From the IMG/VR virus record IMGVR_UViG_3300038393_003173, positions 1 through 28,726 of that record: 28,726 bases of DNA. One strand, 5' to 3'. A program made the translations under genes and the position numbers. This document shows positions 15,201-23,553 of the stretch, in pieces; within the stretch, counting starts at the first letter, position 1, and the number at the start of each line of letters is the position of its first letter. The DNA is from a virus. Its lineage: Duplodnaviria; Caudoviricetes. The notes beneath the pieces are model-generated. The model ran no database searches. It was given only the letters and a program-made list of their open reading frames with translations, and was not told where the DNA came from.

Positions 15201-15453
15201 AGTCGGCGAAGTACTTGTATTGGGTGTTCTTTCCTCCCTTGGTTTTCGACGTTTTCTTGGTCTCGATGAGGTCCGCCGCCATAATGACAGGGCACTCGAA
15301 CTTGCGCTTGCCCCAGAACCTCGGAATTGCAGTGCCGTATTCAGCGGTTGTGGTCTTGAGGCTGTCGAGGCGCGGACCCTTGATCTTCTGCGTCATTTGC
15401 AGCGCGGTCTGCGCCGCCATCAATGCGACGGTGACGACGATCTTAGGTATCAA
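12298..15453 (-). CDS. Tail tip / host-specificity protein (GTA megatron / J-like)
   Basis: GPRLDSL...YGTAIP; YLGTETQEPDP; PAYRGSAYIAFE.LP..FGNRIPN; LEPGDV; RGRRGTE. Follows the NlpC gene. Confidence 0.9.
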   Translation of the reverse strand: MIPKIVVTVALMAAQTALQMTQKIKGPRLDSLKTTTAEYGTAIPRFWGKRKFECPVIMAADLIETKKTSKTKGGKNTQYKYFADFAILICDHEIDAVTRIWMDEKLVYQTTDAGPVSVGAAAGLTVGGNMRIYLGTETQEPDPMIEAWCDDRYGPNSCPAYRGSAYIAFERLPVNNFGNRIPNITVEAVNNKTDTYPWEVDDTPSTMGSPSQFSPDGTRLYAISSEFQVWDVPNRTLLVYRVLPVGSGISYVYAITDSAIYGVNISGDTGVVLGLDGSVLSVDSLDHVGWSGAMLAGGSIWLIPGSFTGQYYGLWAGGPAVAQFATNFWPTFYFNNTDGDAVALGWSPSTTYNLCVADVPGNATIIDTTAYTTSGVAYGFDNGTHYVVRQQDHLYLIDKTTHTIVSAVNEGDPAAYPNSTYPNIAPGATDFWEGPTHYNALDLSVIEEIDISLWPVTGVTEHTGQTYSSVLDALVSFANDPAIIWRYLHRIGSSGVTLKTIVDGVSGWAFPTGATMPDTTALTQIVQGYSVTQGAGKEMIGPLLDIHDVDCRPHDFGVQFVNRGGSPSGTILTEDFVRDGDNRYTVTIQQDTDLPRKLTFNYADVDHEQQANNAIAQRPFDAADTTREETVDLSTYADTADGAQQKADRYIRRVWNSRERIKNSLTAQKLALEPGDVTTLSLDGVLRNARLDKWTKAQSVLQCEFIRDEVSVAAVNSATTGADMQGNDVQTITVPTETRGFIIDAPLIQDADNDVNPIIYYAAGNYGAGTWLGATVNERDTRGDYSILFGSVDTTNGATWGFATSALGTANPNLWDRGNTLTANVYGTLTSHTEAEINADPSLNLIALGADDRWEYIQFATATLTGTSGNANLYTLSGFKRGRRGTEGNVGNHTSGDSLVVLSNAIPSEIGTDAVGDSLSFKIQSLGRDVDAAPAIDLTYDGNTLKPYAPARVKWAYDGTDLTGTIYRRTRVGGSWSSSGGTIPLGETIEAYEVDIYNGSTFKRTISVSGTNVFTYTAAMASADGITLPTPPAINAYQMSTTVGRGFALAA

Positions 15454-15894
15454 TCAAGACCTCCACCGCCACACGCTGTCCAATGGGTATTTGTGAAATA
15501 GGCTTCTCAAGGTCCGCGACTTCACTCCTGAATCCGGAAGCGCGTTCCACGCTCTCTCGCCGTCAAAAATCGCGATATGCCCAACTTGGCCGTCATGCTT
15601 GCAGAGCAGGATGTCGCCCGGCTTCCACTCGTCCGTGACCGGATCGAACAGCGCCGCGAAGCCTTCCCTCAGACGATCAGAGGGAATGCCGTTTCGCGAG
15701 CGAAGGTTGTAATCAATCGCCTTCGCATACAGGCTTTGAGCCTCGGGGAAGCCGAGCTCGTCCGCCACGCCCCACAGCAACCCCTTGCAATCGACGCCAG
15801 CACCCTTGCAGCGCTGGTGATCCTGAAAGGGTGTGTCTTTCCATGACGGAACCGCAGCCGCCACGAGAGCGCCGCGATCCTTCTTTTTGCTCAT
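15454..15894 (-). CDS. NlpC/P60 tail-associated peptidase
   Basis: WKDTPF..QRCKGAGVDCKGL...PGDILL...HIAI; coupled ATG at 15894. Confidence 0.9.
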   Translation of the reverse strand: MSKKKDRGALVAAAVPSWKDTPFQDHQRCKGAGVDCKGLLWGVADELGFPEAQSLYAKAIDYNLRSRNGIPSDRLREGFAALFDPVTDEWKPGDILLCKHDGQVGHIAIFDGERAWNALPDSGVKSRTLRSLFHKYPLDSVWRWRS

Positions 15895-16748
15895 TGTCCC
15901 GGAATGGCGGGCATGAGCGCCTTGCGGCCAGGCACTTCGGGATAGCCCCGGAAGTTCAGAATCTGCCCATGCGCCATGCAATCGTCGCGGGTCTTGCCGC
16001 AGCCATCCTTGATCGTGAGCGTGTCTCCGATTGCCGGATTCTCGACCGCTGGAGCAAAGAGCGTTATCGCCCCCGCCGAAGTCCAGTCCTCGATCTCGAT
16101 CTTGTCTGTTCCGGCCATCGCGCCAGTCAGAAACTGGACCGTGCCCTTGTTGAAAAAGTCGTTGGCGTAGGAGCCTGTAAAGGACACCGTGAAGCGCATT
16201 GCATCGGTTACGGCAGTGACTGTCCCGACAACTGACGTAGGCGTTCCGTGACACCTGATCCCGTCGCCGAAGTCCGCATCGCACATGTTCGTGATGACGC
16301 GGCCAACCATCTGGTTGTAAAAATCGACATCGGAGCGGATTTCAAAGACGAACTTGCCGCCCTCGATCCTCGCTTCCGAAACGTATCCGGCGAGGATTTT
16401 AATAGCGCCAGCCGACAGGTCTTTCCAATTGACCTCGAACAGCCTTGCCCGCGCCCGGTTGTAACGACCGCCGAGAACGGCTTCCTTCGTGACCAGATCG
16501 CTTAAGGGTCCGGTGACTTCGTAATTGTCAGCATCCAGCCCGCACGAGGCCGACACGTTGGAGATGAGAATGCCGGTCCCTGAGGAATAGGTTATCGTAC
16601 CGTCGCCGATATCGAAATCTATGTCCCGGCTGTTGCTCGTGATCCCGAAACTGTTTCCGTCCCGCAAGTCGAGAAGAAGCATGTCGCAGCGGCTGTGCGA
16701 ATGGCTGGCAAGATGCGTTGCCATTGCGGCAGTGAGCGTCCTACTCAC
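15891..16748 (-). CDS. Baseplate hub protein, DUF2163 / BR0599-like
   Basis: ARARLFEVNW, CDADFGD..C, GC.KT..DC, NFRGYPEVPG. Confidence 0.92.
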   Translation of the reverse strand: MSRTLTAAMATHLASHSHSRCDMLLLDLRDGNSFGITSNSRDIDFDIGDGTITYSSGTGILISNVSASCGLDADNYEVTGPLSDLVTKEAVLGGRYNRARARLFEVNWKDLSAGAIKILAGYVSEARIEGGKFVFEIRSDVDFYNQMVGRVITNMCDADFGDGIRCHGTPTSVVGTVTAVTDAMRFTVSFTGSYANDFFNKGTVQFLTGAMAGTDKIEIEDWTSAGAITLFAPAVENPAIGDTLTIKDGCGKTRDDCMAHGQILNFRGYPEVPGRKALMPAIPGQ

Positions 16749-17112
16749 CGAGGCATTCCTTCAGCGTGAAGGTGTCAATGTGTCTTAAGTGACCCGCAGG
16801 TGCGGTGATTTGCAGCTCGCTCTCAAAGCGGACCAGAACGTCCTCTTGGTCAACGAAGTCATGGAAGTAGAACGGCTCCAGACCTCTTCCACTGTCGGCC
16901 CACATTTGCCGCACGGAATCATAGTCGGCGGTGTCGTCGCTCTCGATATCCACAACCGGAAGTGCAACCTGATATCGTCTGGGCTCGTCTTCGGCGCGAA
17001 GGTTCCTGACCTCTTTGCCGCCGTCCGTGGTTACGACCTCAAGCGAATCCTGACCGTGAATGCGGATCGCGCCGATCTCTACATTCTCGGTAAACCGCGT
17101 GCCGATCGGCAT
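16741..17112 (-). CDS. Distal tail protein, short DUF2460-like
   Basis: VVTTDGGKEVRN...RRY...F.F.DF...VRF; position before the DUF2163 gene. Confidence 0.75.
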   Translation of the reverse strand: MPIGTRFTENVEIGAIRIHGQDSLEVVTTDGGKEVRNLRAEDEPRRYQVALPVVDIESDDTADYDSVRQMWADSGRGLEPFYFHDFVDQEDVLVRFESELQITAPAGHLRHIDTFTLKECLGE

Positions 17113-17525
17113 TAGGAAACCGCAACCCCCGATTCCAGAATGTCCACGTCAAGAACAGTCGTTGAAGTGGCGATACCGAGGATCGTGGGGTATTCACCGG
17201 AGGCCAGATCGGCGACAGGGCAAATCCCACCCGGCGTATCCGATAAGAAATAGACAGCCCCAGGTTCGAGCGTGGCCCCGATGGTGAGCGGTCCTTCCTC
17301 GATAATGACCAAGGGTTGACCATCAGAAGCGCCATTGAGCGCTATCCCTTTTGGCGAACGGATGGCTGCGGTCGAACTGTTGTTGTCCGCCAGCTTGTAC
17401 TTGCTGACCGAGGTATCGAGATAGACAACCTTGCCTGCCGTGATCGTCGCGCCAGCGGTTCCGAGAATCTTCCTCGCGCCCGTTCCGGCGATGACGTTTG
17501 CGGCTGTGATAATCAAGTCGCTCAT
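17112..17525 (-). CDS. Conserved virion structural protein (decoration/cement-like)
   Basis: AGATITAGKVVY...KLAD...GIAL...YFLSDTPGGI; beta-rich. Confidence 0.65.
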   Translation of the reverse strand: MSDLIITAANVIAGTGARKILGTAGATITAGKVVYLDTSVSKYKLADNNSSTAAIRSPKGIALNGASDGQPLVIIEEGPLTIGATLEPGAVYFLSDTPGGICPVADLASGEYPTILGIATSTTVLDVDILESGVAVS

Positions 17526-19850
17526 CTAGAAGCCTTTCGTTCTCGCCTGTGCGATGCGCGCGTTGAGTTCGCGGCCAAGTTGCCCTGCCGTTTCTCTGGA
17601 CACCGGAGATGTGATCGTGATCGGAGCGTGGACGGTGACACCGCCCCCGCGTGGCATATTGTCGTTGCCGATGTTCAGCCGTTCACCGTAGCTGACCTTC
17701 GCGATCGGCAAACCATTGAGCGATAGCGTGTTGTTATCGACTCCAGTGCGGCCCATGACATTGAACGAGCCGCCCTTGGCGAATCCTGGGAGGAACGAGA
17801 ACGCTGCGCCACCGGAAAAGAAGGACGGCTTTGCCGCAGAGGCAATTCCGGCTCCCCCAATGTCTGGTACGAGGCTTCCAGAACCGCCAAGCCCAAGGCT
17901 ACCAACGAGGCCACCGCCGCCGCTCATCCCCGCGCTGAGAAACGAGAAGAACATCTTCTGAATCTGCATTTTGATCAGCGCGGAAACGATGTCCTGTATG
18001 GTGCGAAGGGCAATGTCCCGCATCGACTTCCATCCCTCCCCGACATGGGAGAGAGCATCGGCCAACCCCTCAAGCCCCTGAACCTCTAGGTTCTGGAGCG
18101 CTTCGTTCACCTGATCGGCGGTGTGAGGAATGCTGTTCAGATAGTTTTCGAGTGGACCAGCTGTCCGTTGCATCACGCCTTGGCGGTCGTTGGCGTAAGT
18201 GGCCTTAAGGTTGATGAGATCGCGGCGCGCGTCTTCGATCGCTTTCCCGTCTTTTGAAGTGTCGATGATGTTCTGGAGTGCCTGGCGCTTTTGCTCATAG
18301 GCCAGCTGAAGCAGTTCCAGCTCGATTCTTCGCCGCTCCGACTGGGTAGTGGCGATATCCTCCTGGCTTTTCAGGATGTCGGCGCGACGGTCAAAATCGT
18401 GCTGTATGAGTTCCTGCGTATCGCGCTGGCGTTGCTCGGCCTCATCCTGCACGACCTTCTGGCGCTTGAGGCTGTCGGCGATGTCGTACTCAGCGAGGAG
18501 ATGTTGTTCCTGCGCTTGGGTGATTCCGTCCTGCCCTTTGGTCAGGGCATATTGCTTCACCTTGTAATCGAGTTCGGCCTTGTACTGTTCGCGCTGGTTG
18601 TCGAGTATTTGGATGGCGAGGGTGGTCTGCTCGACATAATCTGATGAAAGGTCTTTCTTCGCCTCCAGAATATCGCGCTGTGCGTCCAGCTCTTCGCGCT
18701 GAAGCTCGTACTGTTCGCGGGCCAGTTTCTCGGCCGTGTGGTCAACCCTTCCCCCGCCGCCTCCACTTCTTGCGCGGCGCGAACCTCCACCACCTCCACC
18801 AAGGAATTGGCCGACGCTTCCAGTACCTGATGGCTTTGTTGGAGCTGGACCAGCGCCTATCGCAGCCTTGAACCTCGCCGCACGATCAGCAGCCGTTCCC
18901 TTACTGGCCTGCTGCATCCGGAGATCCATCAGCTCAACTTGGCCCTGTGCAATCCGAAGTCGCGCATTGGCCTTGTTCTGAGCAGAGTTGGTTGGATCGA
19001 ACGCATCGATCTTACCGCTAAGAACGGTCATCTCGGCCACGAAGGCACGATATGCCCTGACTACCGTTCCGAGCTTTCCGATAAGTGTTGCTAGTGCATC
19101 GGCGAAAGCGAGAATGGAATCAGCATTGTCGGCAACAACGCCAGCGATTCTCGCCTTCAAAACAGTCTGAAGCGCTTCGATCTTATCAGCGGTCGCGTCG
19201 GCCTTTTGAATCTGTTCGTCGCTGAGCACGATCCCCAGCCGCTCGGCGGCATCAGAAAGCTCACTCAGCCTCCCCTGCGAACCGGAAAGAAGATTATCGA
19301 GCTTGGCCCCAGCCTTTCCGAACAGCGCAACTTCAATCGCCGCCCGTTGTGATCGATCGGATACATTTTCCAGCTTCTCGGCAATCATGCGGAATACATC
19401 ACCCGCGTTCTTGCCTCTCAGCTGATCAACGCTGATCCCGATGGCGTTGAAAGCAGCGATTTGCTTCTTCGCCCCAGATTCAGCTTGCCCCATGCTGATG
19501 GTGAGCTTCTGAATCCCTGTCTGAAGCTCTTCCTGGCTGATCCCAACCTGACCAGCGGCGTAGCTGAATGTCTGAAGGTCTTTGGTCGTCAGCCCTAAAG
19601 TGTCGGCCAGCTCGCCAAGGTGTCCCGCATATTCCAGCGCTGCCTTGCCCGCTTGAATGAGGCTGCTGATGCCGATGCCGCCGATGAACCCAGCCAGGCC
19701 AGCGCCCAGCGCTCCCTTGAGGCTATTGAACGAACCCCTGATCGACGAAGCTGTCTGCGCGGCCTGACGCTGCGAGCGCTTCATTCCCGCTTCGAAGGCG
19801 GTTGTCTCGGCGGACAAAGAGACACGCAAAGCGCCCACAAGTGCGTTCAC
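17526..19850 (-). CDS. Tail tape measure protein
   Basis: 774 aa, Ala/Gln-rich helical; VGALRVSLSAET start; LFGKAG; FAKGG; follows the chaperone genes. Confidence 0.95.
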   Translation of the reverse strand: MNALVGALRVSLSAETTAFEAGMKRSQRQAAQTASSIRGSFNSLKGALGAGLAGFIGGIGISSLIQAGKAALEYAGHLGELADTLGLTTKDLQTFSYAAGQVGISQEELQTGIQKLTISMGQAESGAKKQIAAFNAIGISVDQLRGKNAGDVFRMIAEKLENVSDRSQRAAIEVALFGKAGAKLDNLLSGSQGRLSELSDAAERLGIVLSDEQIQKADATADKIEALQTVLKARIAGVVADNADSILAFADALATLIGKLGTVVRAYRAFVAEMTVLSGKIDAFDPTNSAQNKANARLRIAQGQVELMDLRMQQASKGTAADRAARFKAAIGAGPAPTKPSGTGSVGQFLGGGGGGSRRARSGGGGGRVDHTAEKLAREQYELQREELDAQRDILEAKKDLSSDYVEQTTLAIQILDNQREQYKAELDYKVKQYALTKGQDGITQAQEQHLLAEYDIADSLKRQKVVQDEAEQRQRDTQELIQHDFDRRADILKSQEDIATTQSERRRIELELLQLAYEQKRQALQNIIDTSKDGKAIEDARRDLINLKATYANDRQGVMQRTAGPLENYLNSIPHTADQVNEALQNLEVQGLEGLADALSHVGEGWKSMRDIALRTIQDIVSALIKMQIQKMFFSFLSAGMSGGGGLVGSLGLGGSGSLVPDIGGAGIASAAKPSFFSGGAAFSFLPGFAKGGSFNVMGRTGVDNNTLSLNGLPIAKVSYGERLNIGNDNMPRGGGVTVHAPITITSPVSRETAGQLGRELNARIAQARTKGF

Positions 19851-19859
19851 GCTGTTCTC

Positions 19860-20195
19860 CTAGTTGATTTCGCGCTTCGAAATTTTCACCGGAACACCAC
19901 GCGCCTTCAGGCTGTGGAAGAAGGCCAAGGCTTTCGCGTGATTCGACTTGCCAGAAGGTCGGTCGTTCCCGAGATATGATGACAGCTTGTTGAGGCGCTT
20001 GGTTCTAGCGAAGGCTTCGTTATGCCAAGCCCCGACTATCGCCAGATCCATCTGCCGATGAACTTGCCGCGCAGCCCCCTCCATCGCATTGACGAAGCTG
20101 CGCGGTGTCTCTTTCCAGAAATCAGCAGGCCTGAAGCCGGCCGCTACCCATTCCCTGCGGAACTCTTCGACCGACCATTTCGCTTCGGAGGGTTT
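19860..20195 (-). CDS. Tail assembly chaperone T portion, reached by -1 frameshift
   Basis: The -1 frame reads PSEAKWSVEEFRREWVAAGFRPADFWKETPRSFVNAMEG..., continuous with ORF 19860..20084. Confidence 0.8.
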   Translation of the reverse strand, partial: KPSEAKWSVEEFRREWVAAGFRPADFWKETPRSFVNAMEGAARQVHRQMDLAIVGAWHNEAFARTKRLNKLSSYLGNDRPSGKSNHAKALAFFHSLKARGVPVKISKREIN

Positions 20196-20524
20196 GGTTT
20201 CTTCCTATCCTCCGTCACCACCGGGAAGGCGCGCTCGAGAAGGGCGTCGAGCGCGTATCCCACTTTTCCTGCATCTTCTGAGAACATGATCCCCGCCGCC
20301 TGATCCAGCGTTATTTCTGAATGATGTTCGCGCAGCATCGCCCAGAGCATCTGACCGAGAACGCTGAGCTGGGGATGCCCGCTCCTGAAGTTGGCAACGA
20401 TCGACGGCATATCGACCTTGAGCGCACCTTCCATGATGGTGATGACGCCAAAGTCCAACCGTAGGATCAACGATAGATCGCCGACCGTTACCTGTTCTTC
20501 ATGCCCGAACGCTACAAGGGCCAT
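20144..20524 (-). CDS. Tail assembly chaperone G (GTA-gp10-like)
   Basis: Lies between tail tube and tape measure; LRLDFG and LWAMLREHH motifs. Confidence 0.85.
   Translation of the reverse strand: MALVAFGHEEQVTVGDLSLILRLDFGVITIMEGALKVDMPSIVANFRSGHPQLSVLGQMLWAMLREHHSEITLDQAAGIMFSEDAGKVGYALDALLERAFPVVTEDRKKPNPPKRNGRSKSSAGNG
20189..20195 (-). other. -1 slippery heptamer A AAC CCT
   Basis: X XXY YYZ in frame with chaperone G; the -1 frame opens just after a TAG a few codons upstream. Confidence 0.78.
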
Positions 20525-20982
20525 TAGGAGCCGCTCTCACCCGTTCCCTGCTCCTGTGCACCGGTAACGCGGAACGTCGCCGTCGCAGTGATCTTGTTGC
20601 CGACCGACATGGTATCGGGAGCATACTTCTTCACGAACGCGCTGGTGACGATGTTCCAGTCAGCCGCGCCGGTTCCGCTATCGTCGGGAATGACGATGCG
20701 GATTTTGCGGATCGTGCCCGCATCCTTGGCCGCGGTAAGCAGCAAGTCCGTGGCGGCGCCCGGCACATAGTTGAGCGTGGCGGTGAACTCGCCTCCGTCG
20801 ATCAGGCCGGCAATGAATTCCTTGCGCCGACCGGGGGACTTGAGGTGCGTTGCCTCAACTTCCTCGGTCTCGTCGCTCGGAAAGCCGCATTCGACGACTT
20901 CAACAAGCTCAACGAGATTGGCTTCGGTGTTGTCGGTTGAAACATGTAGTTCCCCCCCCCAACCAATGCGAGCTTCGGTCAT
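20524..20982 (-). CDS. Major tail tube protein
   Basis: EVEATHLKSPGRRKEFIAGLIDGGE...NYVPG; AAGGAG RBS. Confidence 0.92.
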   Translation of the reverse strand: MTEARIGWGGELHVSTDNTEANLVELVEVVECGFPSDETEEVEATHLKSPGRRKEFIAGLIDGGEFTATLNYVPGAATDLLLTAAKDAGTIRKIRIVIPDDSGTGAADWNIVTSAFVKKYAPDTMSVGNKITATATFRVTGAQEQGTGESGS

Positions 20983-20999
20983 GGCCCTTCTTCTCCTTC

Positions 21000-21030
21000 A
21001 AACAAAAAGGGCGGCCATTGCTGACCGCCC
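21000..21030 (-). terminator. Intrinsic terminator-like hairpin upstream of the tail tube gene
   Basis: GGGCGGTCA-gcaa-TGGCCGCCC followed by TTTTTGTTT. Confidence 0.7.
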
Positions 21031-21055
21031 TTCGGGCTTCGGTTGTATACGGTGT

Positions 21056-21445
21056 TCAACTGTGGTGGATGATCAGGTCTGCTGATTTGCGGAAAATAAT
21101 CGTGTCCCCGTCCCGCTCGGGGATATCGCGCGGGCCTAAGTCTATATCCGCCCGCTGAAAGGTGTTGCCGTTAAATGTTCCGCCAGGGACTAGAGCCGCG
21201 AGAACGGCTTCCATGATCGCCTGCTTGGAAGCGTAAGTGTCGGTCCAAACGTCGATCTGGACCCGCGCCGCCTCAAGATCCCAGCCCTTGAGCGTCTGTG
21301 GCCTTAGCTGCGTGACATCGAGCAAGGTAACGTAGGGCCGGGCCACACCCTGCGGCGCGTTTTCCCAATAGGTCTTAGCGCCCACCAATGCCGTCACACC
21401 CGCTGCGGCACGAAGCCGCGCGAGTAGCGCACCTTGCCAATCCAT
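21056..21445 (-). CDS. Tail terminator (DUF3168-like)
   Basis: VTALVG...APQG..RPYV...RVQIDVW; synteny. Confidence 0.88.
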   Translation of the reverse strand: MDWQGALLARLRAAAGVTALVGAKTYWENAPQGVARPYVTLLDVTQLRPQTLKGWDLEAARVQIDVWTDTYASKQAIMEAVLAALVPGGTFNGNTFQRADIDLGPRDIPERDGDTIIFRKSADLIIHHS

Positions 21446-21898
21446 TCAGATTCCCGCTTTAGCCCGCTTGCGCGCCGCGCGATCGACAGCCTTCTTGATC
21501 TCAACCCAAAGCTCGGCGCCAATGATCTCCAGAGCCTTTTCCTTGTTGTGCTCCCAGGCTGGGCGCATGAACGGGTGCGCTGGCATCTTGAAGGTGCCGA
21601 ACTCCTGAAACAGACCACGGCTTAGAGCGGTCCCTACGTAAACCTCCGCAACCCCCAGCGTCCCTGCCTTGTAGGCGCTGGACCGTTGGCGGCGTGTCAG
21701 TTGCGTTCCGGTGATGATGCTGATCTCCAGCTTGCCCGTCTCCTTTGGAGCAAGCGCGGAGGCTTCGTCATCGATCGGCTTTGCGGCCTTCTTCAGAGTC
21801 CGGATGAGAATGTTCTTCTGCGTCGATTTCTTGCCGACTTCTGCGAGGGCCTGATCGGAACCGACCAGCCATTCGACCTTCGCCGTAATATCGCTCAC
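21446..21898 (-). CDS. HK97 gp10-like tail completion protein
   Basis: AP.ETGKL; QEFGTFKMPAHPFMRPAW; GTG at 21898 coupled to the upstream stop. Confidence 0.9.
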   Translation of the reverse strand: MSDITAKVEWLVGSDQALAEVGKKSTQKNILIRTLKKAAKPIDDEASALAPKETGKLEISIITGTQLTRRQRSSAYKAGTLGVAEVYVGTALSRGLFQEFGTFKMPAHPFMRPAWEHNKEKALEIIGAELWVEIKKAVDRAARKRAKAGI

Positions 21899-22236
21899 AG
21901 CTTCCTCAATCCTGTGAAGCGAATGGTCTTGGTGTCGAGCGGTGCAATCTCGCTCAAATCCCAATAGGAAGTCGGCAAGTCAGGATCGCTCAAATAGGAA
22001 ATGCGGTCCTTGGTGGTTACGGCCCTTAACGTGGCCGATGTTTCGCATTCAAAGGTGGCGGTTTGGTGTGAACCTTCCTGTGCCGCCTCACGCTTCTCCT
22101 GTGCGGTTCCGAACCTGACGTAAGCTCGGCGCGTGGCGTAGGTTGACCAGACAGGAAGCTCCTCGCCATATTCGTCTTCGGTCGGAGTGAACCGCTCGAA
22201 AACGATCAGTTCTGTCCGCTGGCTTGCGCTTGGCAT
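21895..22236 (-). CDS. Head closure / head-tail joining protein (SPP1 gp16-like)
   Basis: DEYGE...W..YATRRAYV...E; synteny. Confidence 0.85.
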   Translation of the reverse strand: MPSASQRTELIVFERFTPTEDEYGEELPVWSTYATRRAYVRFGTAQEKREAAQEGSHQTATFECETSATLRAVTTKDRISYLSDPDLPTSYWDLSEIAPLDTKTIRFTGLRKL

Positions 22237-22781
22237 CAGTAAGCCGAAACCGGGCTGATATCTTCGAGCAGCGACGTGACCGCAAAGGCGATCTCGTTCG
22301 AGACAATTCCGGTCATCGCCGCTTCTCGGAACTCGAACCAGTGTCCGATCAGAATGAGCATCGCCCGCTTGCCGATGAGATAGGCTTCGTCGGTGCTCGC
22401 CAGTGCCCCACCCGTATAGGTTACGGTGATAGTCCCGCCCGTGATCAGGTCCGGAAAACTGTCGCTTACCGCTGGCCCGATCCTGACCGGGAAGCCAAGA
22501 TTCGCGACAAACCCTGTGTAGTCAGCATCGTCATCAGGATCGGCGGTCGTGGAATATGTGACCGTATCGACGCTCGTTACAGGGTAACGCCAGATTTCCA
22601 GATAATCGCCCCAGCGGGTGAACGTCTCGGTTCGTGCACCACTGACAAACAGAAGGCGGCTGCATCGCTCGACATAGGCTCTGGCCGGCGCGATCAATGA
22701 CGTGATGAAAGTGTCCTGGCTGTCGTCGTCGTCCATCCGGCACTGAGCCTTGGCTTCCGCCAAAATAACCGGCTCAGCCAA
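22236..22781 (-). CDS. Head-tail connector (HK97 gp6-like, long form)
   Basis: EPVILAEAKAQCR..D..QD..I..LI..AR.YVE; AMLILIGHWFEFREA. Confidence 0.9.
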   Translation of the reverse strand: MAEPVILAEAKAQCRMDDDDSQDTFITSLIAPARAYVERCSRLLFVSGARTETFTRWGDYLEIWRYPVTSVDTVTYSTTADPDDDADYTGFVANLGFPVRIGPAVSDSFPDLITGGTITVTYTGGALASTDEAYLIGKRAMLILIGHWFEFREAAMTGIVSNEIAFAVTSLLEDISPVSAY

Positions 22782-23553
22782 CCTTCGCGTCCTTTCCGTC
22801 GCGCCCGCGCTTCACGGCTAATCTGAATCCGCTATCAGGCGTGTCCGGCTTCTGATCGGTGGCGCGTTGGGCAATCCACAAGCTGCCGCCCCAAGTTACC
22901 GCGTCTCCAGCGTCATATTGCTCGCCAGCCTTGTAAACGCCGCGGTCAAGAACAGTCGGCCATTTGAACGATGCAACGCGCTCTTCCTCGCCGCTGATGA
23001 ACTTGAGCTCGACCGTGCGGTCGTCATCCAGAACGATGGCGTCAAAGCTGGAAAGCTCGATACCGTCACGACCATCCTTGCCGTTGGCCCCGTCGCGGCC
23101 ATCTTTCCCAACAACTTCGCCGAAGTCGCGCGTTGTTCCATCAGAGAGCGTGGCGATCAAATGGCCTTCTCGGCTCAAAAAACCGTCAACGATTCCGGCT
23201 CCGTCTTTGCCGTTCAAGCCATCACTGCCTGGCTCGCCCTTCTCGCCGCGCTCGCCGGGTTCCCCTTTCTCGCCGCGCTCTGGCTTAGGCAGCTCGGCAA
23301 CGGCCTTTGTGATGGCGGTGACGATCATCTCCTCGGCGATAGGTAGCAACGCTGCCGCAATCGCTTCCGGCTCCGGTGAAACACCATCGGCACCGCGTTC
23401 GCCCGGTTCCCCCGTGTCGCCTTTCTCGCCGACAGGGCCTTGCTCTGGCTTACGCGCTTCAAGCTCTGCGATGCGCCGTTCTGCGGCGATTGCGCGCTCA
23501 GTCAGCTCATCAATAAGATCGAGGACGACGCTCAACGCTTCAGGCTGTTTCAA
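22774..23553 (-). CDS. Collagen-like (Gly-X-Y) head-associated protein
   Basis: GAAGGAGG RBS before TTG 23553; GEKGDTGEPGERGADG and GKDGRDG tracts; C-terminal RGVYKAGEQY..GD.VTWGGSLW...LAVKRGRDGKD. Confidence 0.82.
   Translation of the reverse strand: MKQPEALSVVLDLIDELTERAIAAERRIAELEARKPEQGPVGEKGDTGEPGERGADGVSPEPEAIAAALLPIAEEMIVTAITKAVAELPKPERGEKGEPGERGEKGEPGSDGLNGKDGAGIVDGFLSREGHLIATLSDGTTRDFGEVVGKDGRDGANGKDGRDGIELSSFDAIVLDDDRTVELKFISGEEERVASFKWPTVLDRGVYKAGEQYDAGDAVTWGGSLWIAQRATDQKPDTPDSGFRLAVKRGRDGKDAKVG

Noticed and set aside
15895-16284. Long N-terminal extensions in the ORF track (also 6291-6440, 7555-7638, 1944-2186, 21899-21964)
   Set aside because: Most overlap upstream genes; downstream starts with an RBS or stop-start coupling fit better.
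21028-21042. CCCTTCGGGCTTCGG, resembling the 3' end of element A
   Set aside because: Lacks GATC, CTCTC and the central and closing stems, and overlaps the terminator hairpin. Probably coincidental.
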